The notes under the pieces are model-generated. The model worked only from the letters and a program-made list of their open reading frames with translations. It searched no databases and was not told the DNA's origin. This document shows positions 38,133-52,289 of a stretch of DNA of 64,000 nt, piece by piece. Position 1 is the stretch's first letter; the number at the start of each line of letters is the position of its first letter. A program made the translations under genes and the position numbers. The stretch covers positions 10,418,001 to 10,482,000 of the forward strand of contig CM052816.1 in the NCBI GenBank assembly GCA_028534125.1, given 5' to 3'. Source of the stretch: Lama glama. Its lineage: Eukaryota.

Positions 38133-39105
38133 TCGATTTGCATGCTGGCTCTCCCAGTTCCTGGCTGTGAGACTCTGGGGAAATGGCTTAACCTCTCTCA
38201 GCCTCAGTTTCTTCAGGTGTAAAATGGGAAGAATAATCCTCATCCACCTAGGTCTTTGGGACAAATATGAGGTCATATATGTAAAACCCAAAGTAATAAA
38301 ACCAGGAAGCTATTAGGGTTGATGCTGGGGTCTGAAGGCTACCCTAGTTCTCACAGTGTCTGATTCTGTGAAGAGACGCTGGCGCTCTGAGTCACAGATG
38401 ATGGAGTTGCTTCCAGGGAACCCATTTATGGGGCTTTGTTCAGCCATCTGACAGGACTCCCTTTTCACACTCCCAGTACAAGTGGTCCTTTCCACTTGAA
38501 ACAGACCATCTTGTCTTCTCATTTCTTGAAACCACATGCAGACCCTTGAGGTTGACAGGAACAAGAGAACGGGGGTGAGGAGAGCTCTGAGCTCAGAGGA
38601 GGAGCTGTGTGCAGCTGCAGGCTTAATCTCAATTAACAAAAGCCACCTGGGGACCCGGCTGGGCTGGGCAGGACCGGGGTGATTGGTTTGCAGGCTGAGG
38701 GTTGCCAGGGCTTTGTTCGAGGCCCTCAGGGAGGGGCTCACAGGAAGATTTTATTTGCTTTTCCTGGATGCCAGCCCTGTCAGGCAGCCTTCACTTTATA
38801 CATGGCCTTTATCTGATGACTCTGTTCTCAGTAAGGCCAGGTCCATGGAGACTGGGGAGGCTGACATAATTCAGAATGTTCTTTAGCCTTAACACTGCTG
38901 CTCCCAGACTAGCAACCTTCCTTCCCTGAAACCCCTCAACATACACACCCCACACCCCTCTTTGTACTTGGTCCCTTCTCAGTTTACATATTTATGTGCC
39001 ATTGGACTAAAATCAGCCTCTCAGAGTTCATGATAATGTGGGACAGATCAGGGGCTTTGTTCCTGCTCATCACTGCAACCCCCTGGTACAAGTCTCTGGT
39101 ACAAT

Positions 39106-39286
39106 TAGGATCCCCAGATTGAGCAAATAAGAATATAAGATGCCCAGTTAAATGAGAAATTTGGCTAATGAGTAATTTTCAGTTAAAATATGTCCTGTGT
39201 GATACTTGACATATACTAAAAATCACTGGTTATTTTTCTGAAATTCACATCTTATTGTGCATCCTGTATTTTATCTGGCGACCCTA
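39106..39286. mobile_element. MER53-like palindromic hAT MITE
   Basis: Terminal inverted repeats (TIRs) taggatccccagatt ... ttatctggcgacccta; internal arms atataagatgcccagttaaat / gcatcctgtattttat; 8-bp TSD ggtacaat/attacaat. Confidence 0.8.
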
Positions 39287-42037
39287 ATTACAATTTGTTG
39301 ATGATGCTCAGGATATGTATATGCAAATAAAGGAATGAATGGGGCTTACCCATAATCAAAATCAGAAACTAAGTGCAGACATTTTACCAGAAAATACACA
39401 CTGTTAGGAGTGGTTGTTTTGAGGTGATAGGATTATTGGAGAATTTTCATTTTTCTGTATGATTGTGTTTTCCAAGTTGCAATGAGCAGGACAGTTTTCA
39501 AAGATCATGTGTATATGTATTTATATCAACATATACATATACCAATTCTCAACATGAGTGTAAAACCTGTTTGAAAGAGAAAATTTGTTTTTCTTCAACC
39601 AGAATTTTCTGAACACATCCCCAGGGGTTAGGAGCTTTTTGAGCATCCATTAGAAAATGATTGAAAGCAAAATTGAGAGACCTACGTAGCATATTAGTAA
39701 AATGAAGCACACAATGGGGTTACAGAGAAGTTGAAAAAAAAATAGTATTGCTCTTATGTTAATCAATGCTTCTTAAGAAAATCAGCTCCTGAAACTTTGG
39801 GGATGTAAAGATAAGTCTAGTTAAACCCAGGACACACAAATCGTGATTAAAATGAATGTAATATATTGGGGAGTCTTTTTTTCCCTTTGATTTGTATAGT
39901 CAGAGGGTGGAAAAAAAAAAAAAGAAAAGCTCTTATGGAGAATGAGTTAAAGACTCACCCCCTTCCCTCACCACACACACCACGTTCCAAGATGCCTTGG
40001 GACCAAGCACCACACAAACTTGTCTTTGGGTGTCCACACGGGCCATCAGTGATGGGCATGTTCAGAATGCTACACCTTAATGGAGCAAGGAAGCAAAAAA
40101 CTACCGTTCGTGAGATGCTGACGATGGGCTGGTCACCAGGCAGAGCACTTAATCTCATTTGATTCACCAAAACCACTCAAGTTACACACAGTAACCCTAC
40201 CTTACCATTTTTTAATCAATGTGACTTAAAAATTATAAAATTACTCATAGCCTCACCTCTCGAAGTGCTGCAAGGTGCTTAATAGTTGTGGAGAGTCACT
40301 TACATTTACTATGCTGTATGTACTAAGGCATTAATTAGAAGGAATAAAAGTGCTTTCTGAATTCTTGTATCTCAAGGTTTGAAAGACAAAAGGGATTTCT
40401 GCTGTACTTCTGGAATGCTCCCTTCCCAGTTTCGTGTTCTGAATGTGATGCTAGAATCTTGGGGGTGGACTTGTCTGTTCTCTCTCCTCTGTCAGTGGCA
40501 CCAGGGTTCTACTGTAAGATTCAGTGTCAGAAGTGAGAAGGGCAGAAGAGGATGTATGTTGCGTTATCAGCAAGTCAGCATCATGGGGGAAGGAATGCTG
40601 TCTGGAATGACACCACAAATAGCAAAACCTCTAAACTCTGGCCAGCTTAAAGTCTCATAACACTAATGTTATTTTTTTTTTAAGGAGGGGAGAGGGAGGG
40701 GAATGGAATGAAACCAACTTTGCCTAATCAGCGATGAGAGACAAGCATGAAAGGGCAAAATGCAAAGTATGTCCTTCTGAAGGGTTCAAAGTCTTAAAAA
40801 AAGAAAATTAGTTGAACTTTTTTGTGTTTTAGTTGAACTTTTGAAGAAGGAAAATGTGACTCTGAACAAAGGGAAGATTATCATTCTCGGGGTGAAGAGA
40901 GGGGGGAAAAACAGCAATTTGATGATTGCTAAGGATGGGAAAGAAAGTGCTGCATCCATTTAACTCTTTACAAGGCAGCATTTTGAATAAGCCACTCTGA
41001 AATACTGATTAAATACACTGAGGCTGAGCCGAAATTAGCCTCCCATGTCTGAGTAGTGCATAAACTCTAATAGATCTATTTCCAAGTCACACAGAACCAT
41101 CTTCTTCTCAATGGCGGCACAGAGTCTTTGAGTAAATTGTGTATTAAGTGAACTGTATTAATTAAAGAGGGAGGGAGACAGGTCTTATGCACTGATTCCT
41201 CCAGTGGAATCTGCCTAGACACACAGTGACATTTCAGTGATTTTTTTTTCCATTAGTATTCTCTGAATAAAGGCTTTTTTCTCCCCTGTGCTAGTAAGTA
41301 AGAACTGTTTGGTATGCATATTTAAATAAGTCACAGTGAATTAGCTTTAAGAACTGGCTCTTAACATAATAGATGCATTAAAATGTAAAGCACAATAAGT
41401 GAGTGCATAAAGACCTAAGAAAAGAGCTGAAAGTAATAGATAATGCAAGCTTCTCCACTATCTTCCAAGCCTTGGATTATGATAATGGCTTTGAGAGCAG
41501 ATCCCAGTCATTTCACGTCTAGCTACTGACATAAATTAGCTCCAGTTGTGTTAAAACTTCGTTGGTGAGAAAGGCAGCAACGTGCCTTTTCCAACTCACA
41601 GGTGTACATTTGGTTCCTTAAGAAATACGCTGCCTGGAAACCAGGTTTGCTGCCAGTCATTTCAAGGAGAATGAACAACCTCATGTCTGCCAGCAATGCC
41701 ATACTTGGCTCTCAAAGTCTCTGCCCCACAGTTAGTGAAGAAAAATGTCTAATGATGAGAAGACATCTGAACTCACTCGTCAGCCTATGTAATGACAGTG
41801 CTTTAAATACTGACCTCAAGAACAAGGGAGAAATAACGGCGGCTGAACTGAGCAGTGTGTATTGGCAACAATAAAATAATTTTGTTTTGTTATAAAGTCA
41901 AAGAAATCAAGAACAAAGTCCTGACGAAGAATGTAATGAGAGCCTTGCAGGTGCACAGGTAATCAGGATGTGTTGATGTAACAGGATTTGGGGCTGAAGG
42001 TAGGAGTGTCCCATTCAGGGTCCAGTAAAACCACTCA

Positions 42038-42220
<183 letters not shown>

Positions 42221-43227
42221 TTAGGGAGATGACGGATGGTGGAGATAAGATAGAGCTAGACTCGTTCCTCAGCATAGTTTGGAGGCCTTATCACTTGCAA
42301 ATTCCCTGATGTTCAAGTTGCCACTTAGCTTTGATTTCAGAGGAAAAAAATTCCGTTTTCTTCCCCTGCACTGGGTCAATTTCTAAATTTCTGCTTTCTC
42401 AAACAAGTATTCCTGTTTTTGCTTTTGGGGATTTTTGAGAGACAGCATTTTGGGGAAGACAGCTGCCTCAATGTCAGTGGTCTTCTAATGACAAAAGACA
42501 TCCTTATTCTGCTTTCAGTGACTGAAATGGGCATAGCTCAACTGCCAAGCTGAACATTACTGTTCAGAGAAATTCTGTTGACAGCCATGGGTGATACAAC
42601 CAAAAAGAACTTGAAGCATTGGGGAAACTCTAAGCATGATGTCCATATTTCTGAAATGCTTTTAGAGGTTCACACAGTGTCTGATAAAGTCAACAGCAGA
42701 TGATTCTAAAATGCAAGTTCCATGTGAAATGTGAAATAGTCTGTTAAAGCATGTCTCCACCAAGAAACTAACCATGAGGCTATGAATCGAGATTCTCATA
42801 AAAATTAGACTGGATATGTATATGTTTCATGGTAGGTTTTTTTAAAAAATAAAAATATAGTACAAGTGGGGAAAACACAGAAATCAGGTGGCCTCTTTGC
42901 CAAATGAAATGATGTAATTTATGCTGACAAGATAACTGATACTGAAGGTACTGGTACAATCTGAAAATGACGAAATCTTGCTCTTCTCATTAGTGTAGAG
43001 AAAGTCTGAAAGTCTAGTGAGTAAACTGATGGGACTTTGAGATAGTTCTGAGAACAGGATATGTTCACCATGTAGGTGCCTGTCACATATTTTCTGGAAA
43101 CTGTGGTAATTATTTTCTAAAAATCCATGATGAAAACATCTCTGAATTATCATTTTGTGTGGTCCAGGTAATAAAATTATCTGAACACTCTTGGACTTTC
43201 TGTTCCCTGAGCTATTATACCCTGCTA

Positions 43228-43341
<114 letters not shown>

Positions 43342-44024
43342 TCAACTGCTCTTCAGTAGCTCATAAGTAATAAAGACTGGGCTAAACTGAAGCACCTTGT
43401 TGAAAACAACATTCCAGGCTACCTTAAAATGCCCATTCGTTACTCCAATAGATATTTCTTGAACATTTATTATGTCTTAATCACACTGCTTAGTCCTGGG
43501 AGATACAGTGGTAACAGAGCAGAATTCAAATCTCTGCCTTTATGGAGCCTGCAGTCTAGTGAGGGCTTCGTAGAGAGATGCTCATGGATTCAGTAGTCGC
43601 AAAAGGAGTGTACAGTTAAACCTCTTGCTGAATGCTAAGAAGGAGACAAGTTGTGGGACTATAAGTCAGTGTAACAGGGGAGCTTCGCATAGGTGCTAAG
43701 GTCAGGAGGAGTGTCTCTGAACACAAAGGATTATGAAGAAAACTAGTCCTCTGTGCATTCAGTTCCACTAAGGATCCACACATTAAAAATCTTCTCCTTG
43801 CCTGTGTTCTCACTGCAACCATTCTTTCATATCTATGTGATTTCAGTTTTTCCAAGAAGGAAGCTATTACACCTAAGTTCCTAGAATGAGCAGATCCCCA
43901 AGGCACAGACATCTAACAGATGAGGATGAACATGAGTATAAAAGTCTACTGTATAAGCTGCATTTAAAATGAGATGATCTTACATCTGCCATTTAAATAT
44001 TTCCCCTCCTAAACGTTAAGTGGA

Positions 44025-44110
44025 GAATAATCTACAAAAATATTGAATCATTGTGTTGTACACCTGAAAGTAATACAAGGTTGTAAATCAATAAAAAAAA
44101 TAATAAAATT
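44025..44110 (+). mobile_element. L1 3' tip
   Basis: gaatcattgtgttgtacacctgaaagtaatacaaggttgtaaatcaataaaaaaaa. Confidence 0.7.
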
Positions 44111-45057
44111 ACTTTGCCACTCTTAGAAGTCAGAAGGAAGAGATGTTTAGTTTATAGATAGCAGGGTGTCCTGGGTCAGTGCTGATGAAATGCTTTTGGA
44201 GGAGAACAACAAAGTGTAGATTCTTCCAGACAGGTGGCAGTCTTTGGTTTCCTGCCCTGATGATCTGCAGAAAATGTCCCACTTTCTTTCTTGGCTTTTG
44301 AAATCAGTTCTGAGATGAGCAAAATTCCAAATGAGGGGTTTGAAGAATTTAATCAGAAAAGATTACAAAATACAAGAAGGTACCAGTCTTCTCTTTAAAA
44401 GACATATTTTGTCAATTTCAAGAATAATTAAATTAGCTCCTCTTGAAGGAAGGAGCACCTCTCATCTTCCAAGCTCTCTCAGGGTTGAAATGTTTTTATA
44501 ATATGACTTAATCATCACTTCTGAACTTGCAAGTCACTTTATTTCGGCAAAAAACCCATTTAATCATGTGAGGCAGCATGTCTGTTACAAATAATCCTGG
44601 ACTCAGCCTGAAAACAATGACAGGACTCTGACAAATAACAGATTCTCTGAGTCTCTGTTTTCTCCTCTATAAAAATGGGACTGACTCTGCTAGCTAAGAA
44701 AACACCTTTTTATCTAGGAAAATGCTGATCAAACAATCTACTTACTTAAGTTATTCACTTGACTAAATATATTATCTTCCCAGACTCCTTGAGTTGGGAG
44801 TTTCTTTGACCCACTAGATCATAAGCTTTCTGAGGGGAGAGATTACATACTGTTTTGTTCATCTGGTTTTCCTGGCAATTCAAAATCCCTGGCTTGAAGT
44901 AGTGGACAGCATCTCTGCATTTCTGAGAGAGCCGGCTACAGGGATTTACACATGACTGAGCCTCAGCAAATAAAGTAAACTGTAAAGATACAAAAGAATC
45001 TCCAAATAATCACTGCTTGTAAACATGAGCAGTGTGAGAATTTGGGTCTTGTAAGGA

Positions 45058-45303
45058 AGTGTTTTTCAAACTGAGTCAAGACCCATCGATAAGTTAATAA
45101 AATACATTGAGTGGTAATAAAAATCATTACAAAATTAAATGGAATAGAATGGACTAGAAAATGCCTCAACTGTAGTAACAGCAGCATTGCGCCTGAGACT
45201 TTTGTTTCGGTTTTATGTGTGTAGATAGATATGTACTATAGCACAAGATAATTTTGTTAGTGTTTATTTTACTGTGAATTGTGGTCAAAATACCTTAAAC
45301 ACT
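45058..45303 (+). mobile_element. hAT-Charlie MITE (Charlie4z-like)
   Basis: agtgtttttcaaactg...gacccat...gagacttttgtttcggtt...ttactgtgaattgtggtcaaaa. Confidence 0.55.
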
Positions 45304-45425
45304 TTTATAAATTTTCTCTTAAGTTTCAGACTGACAGAACCAAAGCAATGATTTCCTCACACTCATTACACAAGGCTGAGTTTTGCATTATGTACTGTGC
45401 AAGTGTTACAGAAAAATGACCACGA

Positions 45426-45850
45426 CAGTTGTAAATAGTGCTGCTGGTAATGGTGGAGCGTATGTGTCTTTTTGAAGTAATGTTTTTGTTTTTCTCAGGT
45501 ATTTGCCCAGGAGTGGAATTGCTGGGCCATGTGGTGGTTCTGTTTTTGGGGTTTTGAGAAACCTCCGTATTGTTTTCCATGGTGGCTGCACCACTTTGCA
45601 TTCCCACCAAGAGTGTACGGGGGTTCCCTTTTCTCCACATCCTTGCCAACATTGGTTATTTGTGTTCTTTCTGATGATGGCCATTCTGACAGGTGTGAGA
45701 TGGTGTCTCATTGTGGTTTTGATTTGCATGTCCCTGATACTGGTGATGTTGAACAGCTTTTCATGTGCCTGTTGGCCATCTGCATTTCCTCGTTCGGAAA
45801 AATGTCTGTTCAGTTCTTCTGCCCATGTTTTGAATGGGTTGTTTGTTTAA
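45426..45850 (-). mobile_element. L1 ORF2 C-terminal fragment
   Basis: ORF 45406..45729 reads [21 protein letters not shown]...[33 protein letters not shown]. Confidence 0.92.
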
Positions 45851-46596
45851 TTTTTAATTGAAGTACAGTTGTTATAAAAAAAAAAGACCAAGATTTATTT
45901 GTGAGCCCAAGATTTTATCTTCAGCAAATCCAGTAACTCACAGTGATTTCTTCACTAGCAGCCTAGCCTAGAATGCTGTGATGACATTTTGAATCTCCCA
46001 GCATATAACAGGTAACCTAGAAGGCATGACATTCCGTTGTGATATTAATCCATTTCATGAACCATGTCCCTTTATAAGCCATTTTAAGCTTTAATGAAAA
46101 TGATAAAGGATTAGATGCCAGGTTGCTGATAAATTTCTACTAGCAGAACTGCCTTTATTAATGTCAGGTAAGGTCCCAGAAAAGCGACAAGCCTCAAGTT
46201 TGAGAGATACCGCATCTTATTTGTGCCTTTATTTCTAGTCAGTCAAAGAAAGACTCTAGTCCAATGCCATGGTGGCTAAAGTCACTTCTCTGTATGATCA
46301 TACAACCTGGAGAGAAAGCCAATGACAGATTGAAAGTGACTGGAAAATAAGCTCTTATTCCATCCTAATGGTCCTTTCTTAAATGTCCAACAACAGCATC
46401 ACTAATCTGGAGGAAGGCTGATTGAAAAGGCAATCAAACCTCATAAATTCATACAAAATGAGAGAGAGAGCGATGAAGTCAGAACTGTGGAATATTTTGT
46501 CAACAGAAACGCGATGACATTATCAGCATATAGGATTTGCCTAAGGGGAGTATGAAATAGCTTTAAACCTTTGATCAACATATGCAGTATTAACCA

Positions 46597-46946
46597 GTAG
46601 ATTACATATGGCCCACAAGCCAAAATGGGCCTGCCATCTGTTTTTGTACCTCCTAGGAGCTAAGACTGGCTATACATTTTTAAAGGATCGAAAAGGACAA
46701 TAAAGAATGTGCAACAGAGGGGGAGGGTATAGTTCAGTGGTAGAACGTGTGCATAGCATGCACAAGATCCTGGGCTCAATCCCCAGTCCCTCCACTGAAA
46801 TAAATAACTAAATAAAAAACTTAATTACCCCACCAAAGTAAAAGTAAATTAAAAAATAAACAAATTTAAAAAATAAGCAACAGAGACTCTATGAAAACCT
46901 ATAATATTTACCAGCTGGCCCTTTACAAAAAATTTGCCAAGCCCTG
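46597..46946 (+). mobile_element. MER58C-like hAT-Charlie MITE interrupted by a SINE
   Basis: tatggcccacaagccaaaatgggcctgccatctgtttttgta...gagctaaga...aatatttaccagctggccctttacaaaaaatttgccaagccctg. Confidence 0.75.
46720..46876 (+). mobile_element. tRNA-Ala-derived SINE (camelid vic-1-like)
   Basis: ggggagggtatagttcagtggtagaacgtgtgcatagcatgcacaagatcctgggctcaatccccag; TSD gcaacagag at 46711-46719 and 46877-46885. Confidence 0.9.
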
Positions 46947-49069
46947 AGATTTGAGAGCACAATCTCTGGAGGCAGACTGCAGGGTTCCAAGCCCAGCTCC
47001 TACAATTCATGTCATGTAATCCTGGCAACTTTTACTTCTATGCTGTTTCTTCAGCTATAAAATAGGGATGAAAATAATATATACTACATAGGATTTGTAG
47101 GAAGATGAAATGAGTTAACATATGTAAAGTATTTAGGATATGAATTGGAACTAACTTCTTTGACCAGCACTACTGCCACAACCACTTCTTAGGGAATAGA
47201 GTAATTCAGAGCTCCCAGCAAGCACCACCGTGAGCCGCTGTCATCACACGTGGATATTAACAGGCAACACGGAGGGAAAGGGCAGCCACCAGTGTCCCTC
47301 CTACACGCCTGGGGCTTCAGAGTCTAGCGTGGTGCAAAGTTAACTTCTGCTGTGTTGTTTCCTGGTGTCTTTGTCATTGTCTCATGTTCTAAAACTTTCC
47401 TTCTGGTTCATGGAGAAGCTCTCTGGTGTCAAACATAGAAAGATCATCTGGGGACACTGTTAGACCTTGAGTTTTTGTCGGGTTTTGAAGGTAGTGGTTG
47501 AGTGTCAGGAAAGACAGAACCTGGTTCTCATGTTCACTGATGGGGCTGGCCAGGGGACGTGGCCTGTGGGAAAGCCAACGGGCAAAAACCGCTCATCCTC
47601 CCATACCTTCCTCATCTGCCTCCGAGTCTCCCTTCACACAGTCCTTCTCATCCCAGTCTTAGCCACCATCATGTCAGTATGGTACCCAAAAGGTTGCCGA
47701 GAGATGTATCAGATAAATAGGCTAAGTTGAATGAATCCTAATGTTATATCACATGGAATATTTTTTAAAACTAAATAACTTAAAAGGACTTTAGAGGTTT
47801 TCTTTTGGATGGGTGCCCATTCTCCCCTCATCAGCCACAGAAATTCTATCTGCATGAGGAGTCTGTTTATGTCTGTTTCCTTTTTATGTCTCATTGTATC
47901 CTCACAATAACCTTTAATAGCCTTTACAGATAGAAATGATTAGCTTCAGAGATTAAATAATTTGCCATGATTATAACTAGCATAATGACTATCTTACCTT
48001 GGGATTAGGTTCGTAAATCAGCAAGTAGGGCCAAACCTTGTACAGTCAAAACTATACATGTAAATCCTCTAAGAAGGCACCCCATTTGAAAACAGTCTGT
48101 CAGAAAGTTCAACACACTTTTGTTTCCCTCGTGTGAGTACCCAGTGAAACTCATAAATTGAATTTAGAGGCTGTCATATGAAAAACAAAAGCTTAAGCAC
48201 TAAAGTCACCCTCAGCTCATTGGCGGGCTCAGGTTTATTAGTCATGTGGAAAGTCAGACCAGCTGCAGGGACAGTGGTTGTTGTGGCAAAGCTATGCCCA
48301 GCTCTTGTGTGGAGGAGTGGATAGAATCAATCCACCTTGATGTAAGTTCATCTACACCTTCCTGATCATGGACCCATACCCTAAATTGCTATCTTTTAAG
48401 TTGTTTTAAGGTTATTCTCATTGTATATCCACCAATCCCAGCGGGAGAGTCAGGGGAAGCAAGGTGGGACTTCTTGGTCTCTCCTTTAGAATCACTTGAG
48501 TCAAGTCAGGCTTTCCCAAGTCTTTCCCTAAACACAAGGATGCTGATAGTGGAATCCAGTGCTTTGTATTTCTTTTGTTCTGTTTCTCTTACCTTCTCCC
48601 CAGTCTCCACATTCTAGTCAATGAACAATGTTGAAGGGAAGGAAAAGGGGGAAACACTTTTTAGACTTGGGTATATCACCCTGACACTTGAAATTTGGGA
48701 GAAGAGCGTTCTAGAAAGTAAAACAGAAAATCCATTCTTTTTCCCATTTTTGAGGTAAAATATTTGGAAAATATTTTATTTTTTCCTTTAAAAAAAAAAA
48801 AGGATTCCTGTCTTAGTACCAAATCATGAACATATGTGAGATTATTGAGAACTTCACTTCTTGATATTTCTGTAACCCTTCTGCTGATGAGTAAACAAGG
48901 ACACCAGCAGTGCGACCTTAGATAAGTTACTCCCTCTTTTCAAATCACAAGGTCCTCATCTGTAAATGGAGCTAATTAAATTTGACTCACAGGTGGTTTT
49001 GCAGATGAGATGCTGTAAACCAGAAGTATAATGTCTGGCCCACTAAAAACTAAAAATTACACATGAGAA

Positions 49070-50230
49070 AAAGTATGATTATTCAGAGAAAAGTTTAAGT
49101 CTTCTTCCCATTCCAAATGTTTAGTTCTATTCCTAGAACTATTCCTGGAACCACTATTAACCAATTCTTGTGTATCCTTTAAGAGATTTTTTTTCTGCAT
49201 GTGTATATTCCATTTTGACAGCAGTAACAACGTACTAGCCTTCCTGTAGGGATATAGATTTTAAGCCCTTTCTGCATAATATTGCTTCTGTCCTTTCATT
49301 GCCAGTACATACAGCTCTATATCTATTTTAAATAGTTCCTTTGTATTTCATTGTGTAAATATACCATAAAATATTTAGCCTACTGATGGACTTTCAAAGA
49401 TGATTTAATTATCTGCTATTACCCTGAGACCACCACAAACATCCTTGGTCAGCTTAAGTGCATGTGTTGTAGGCTAACTTTATGAAAGCAGAACTGCTGG
49501 GACAAAGATTACATGAATTTTCCAATTTAATAGATATGGTAAAGAGCCCTCCAAAGATGTTGCGCCAAATCTCCTTTATCTGGTGATGTGTAAGAATGAC
49601 ATTTGTCCATCGCCCTGCCAACACTGTGACATCAGCTGTCCTTGATCTGACAAGTGAAAAAAATTCTGAATTCCCGATTTACTTTATATAGTTGACTCTT
49701 GAACAATGTGAGGGGTTACAGGTGCCAACCCTCCCCTCAGTCAAAAGTCCACATGTAATATGTAGTCTGCCTTCCATACTTGAGGTTCCTCATCTATGGA
49801 TTCATCCAACGGCAGACAGTATACTACTGTAGTACGTATTCATTGGGGAAAAAAAATCTGCATATTTGTGGACCATACAATTACTGTTCAAAGGTCAACT
49901 GTGTTTCTTTAATAAATAAAGTCTTATATCTTTGTACATTTATTTTTTCGAAGAACTGCCTATTCATAAATTTGCCTGTTTTTAATGAGTTATTAGTCTT
50001 ATTGATTCCCAAGTGCACCTAAAATGTTAAGTCAATTAAACCTTTAGTACATCTCAGTAATATTTTTCTAGGCTGTCCATTTGGCTTTTGACTTTAAAAC
50101 ATTTTTAACAACATAGAAAACTTAAGTATTAAATTCATATTTTATAAAGTCAAATTATATATAGTCAAATGTATAAATCTTTTCTATTTTGTCTCTGGGT
50201 TTATGTCTTTTTTAAAAAGGCTTTTTGTTT
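49070..50230 (-). mobile_element. Old L1 (L1ME-like) hosting a Tigger MITE
   Basis: accactattaaccaattcttgtgtatcctt, gaaagcagaactgctgggacaaag, gagccctccaaagatgttgc. Confidence 0.55.
49689..49901 (+). mobile_element. Tigger1-derived MITE (TcMar-Tigger)
   Basis: TIRs tagttgactcttgaac / gttcaaaggtcaactg, preceded by TA. Confidence 0.8.
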
Positions 50231-50458
50231 TTGGTTGAAAGCATGTACTTGGATTTTAAATTGATAGCTTCTGACATCTTTTATAATATAATCTTAGAGT
50301 AAATTATGTTGTATCTATTCAAGATACACAGAACAATAGAGTTTCCAGGTTCCAAAAATTCTAAAAAGTCCTGCTACTGCTTAAATTAAAAGGTAAAACA
50401 ATCGATCATTTCCTTGTATGCAGTCATGCCAATGTGATTGTTAATAAGAGGATACTTT

Positions 50459-50684
50459 AAAACTTTTTTTAGATTTTTACACAATTTTAAAGTTCACCGC
50501 ATTTATGGTTATTACAAAATATTGGCTCTATTCTCTATAGTGTACGATCCATCCTTGAGCCCCTCTTACACCCAGTAGTTTGTACCTCCCACTCCCCCAT
50601 CCCTGCATTGCCCCTTCTCCCTCTCCATCATTGGTAACCACTAGTTTGTTCTATCTGTGAATGTCTCTTTTATGTTCTATTCAG
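50459..50684 (-). mobile_element. L1 3' end insertion
   Basis: T-run, gttattacaaaatattggct, tggtaaccactagtttgttc; TSD taagaggatacttt (50445-50458) / taagtggatacttt (50685-50698). Confidence 0.8.
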
Positions 50685-50963
50685 TAAGTGGATACTTTTA
50701 AGTGCTTTGGGAGAGTATCCCCTTGAAGCAGGACCTCCATATCTTGCTGATGCTGACTATTTAGTAAACGCTTCACTTACATAGCACGACGTTAAATTCC
50801 AATGCGATTTGGTCCCAACTGATACCTTAAACACGTTTGCTGCTTAAATAGGACACTCCTCGGAGCTATGATTCTTTAAAGGCAAAGTCAATTCAACATG
50901 GAAACAGTAACTGCTTAGCTGGCCACGTGTCTCCCTTTTTCCCTCTAGTCCAAGAAGAGTGTG

Positions 50964-50967
<4 letters not shown>

Positions 50968-50997
<30 letters not shown>
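50968..50997. repeat. (TG)n microsatellite
   Basis: Seen directly. Confidence 0.95.
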
Positions 50998-51007
<10 letters not shown>

Positions 51008-52289
51008 AATTTCCCACCACCTGTGCAGCAGAGTAGACACTCCAGTGGAGTAAACGTGCAATCAGACATTGCTCACTGAACTCGGTCTGTGTGAACTGAC
51101 AACAACAAATTTCTACTAATTGCTCCTGCACTAACAGGAAGACATTAGGCTCAGTACTGGGGAGAAAGAAAGTCTAGGTTGCCTGCCTTCATGGGGCTTA
51201 CAGTCTAGTAGGACAACAAAATAATTAATAATAGCTAATATCTAACCTTTTTTTAAGGAATTGCAGGGATTATTGTAAGCACATTATATATATTACCTCA
51301 GTTTTTCATTAAGCCTATGAAGTAGTACGACTATTATTGCCATTTTTTTCAAGCTAAGTGAACTGCAGCCCAGAGTAATTAAGTAATTTTTCCAAGGCCA
51401 CAGAGTAAGCAAGTGGCAGTGTGGTGGAGTCCAGGGCTGCCCTCAAATGCTGTTCTCCACTGCAGCCCATTAAAGGCAGATAATTGTGCCCAGAAAGCAG
51501 GACTCAAGTAAAGACCTGCCTTACAGCCACGTCCACATGTCTGTTTCCATTCTGTTTCATAGGAGCTTCTTACTCATGGATCCTGTCTTACAACACTGGT
51601 CTCACCAACCACTTGCGATCACTGCTGTCTGTTACTCAGCATATCCCCTACCTCTTGCCAGAAACCTTGATCTGAGAATGGGACTGTGACCCTAGCCATT
51701 CCAGTTTACATACTCTGCATGCTGGATTTTCTGACCTGGAAATGCATGCTTCCTCCTATCACAAAGCTTCCCAAACACGAGACTAGAACTGGCGAACGTG
51801 AAAAAAAAAAGCAAGTCGGTAGATCCCAGGAAATAAAGCCAACAAATGGAATAAAGTAGACTCACAAGATTGAAAAAGAGCCCTGAGGACATTAAAGTGT
51901 GTGGCTTTGTATCCACATAGGTCCTGTTTTGATTACTCTGCAGGCACCCTGATGTTCTTCCAATACACTTAAACATTTTTTTTACTTTCTTAGCAAAACT
52001 GATTCAAGTTCCAAATGACACAAGCACCACTGCTGGAGGGAGACCATCAGAGAGTCATGGGGATGGAGAGCAGGAACAGCCCACTTAGTCCGGGGAAAGC
52101 AGCACAACATCCTAGAGGTGATGAAAACCTGAGAAAAATGTTGCAAGGAACTTGCTCTTTCTAGTCTTTCTTATTTTTATCCCTGTATTGAATCAGGGTG
52201 TCAGAAAAATAATCTCCCAGGAAAAGACATGAAATGCACACATAAATATCTGCAATAGAAAGGAATATATGTACTAAGAGCCTCCATGT

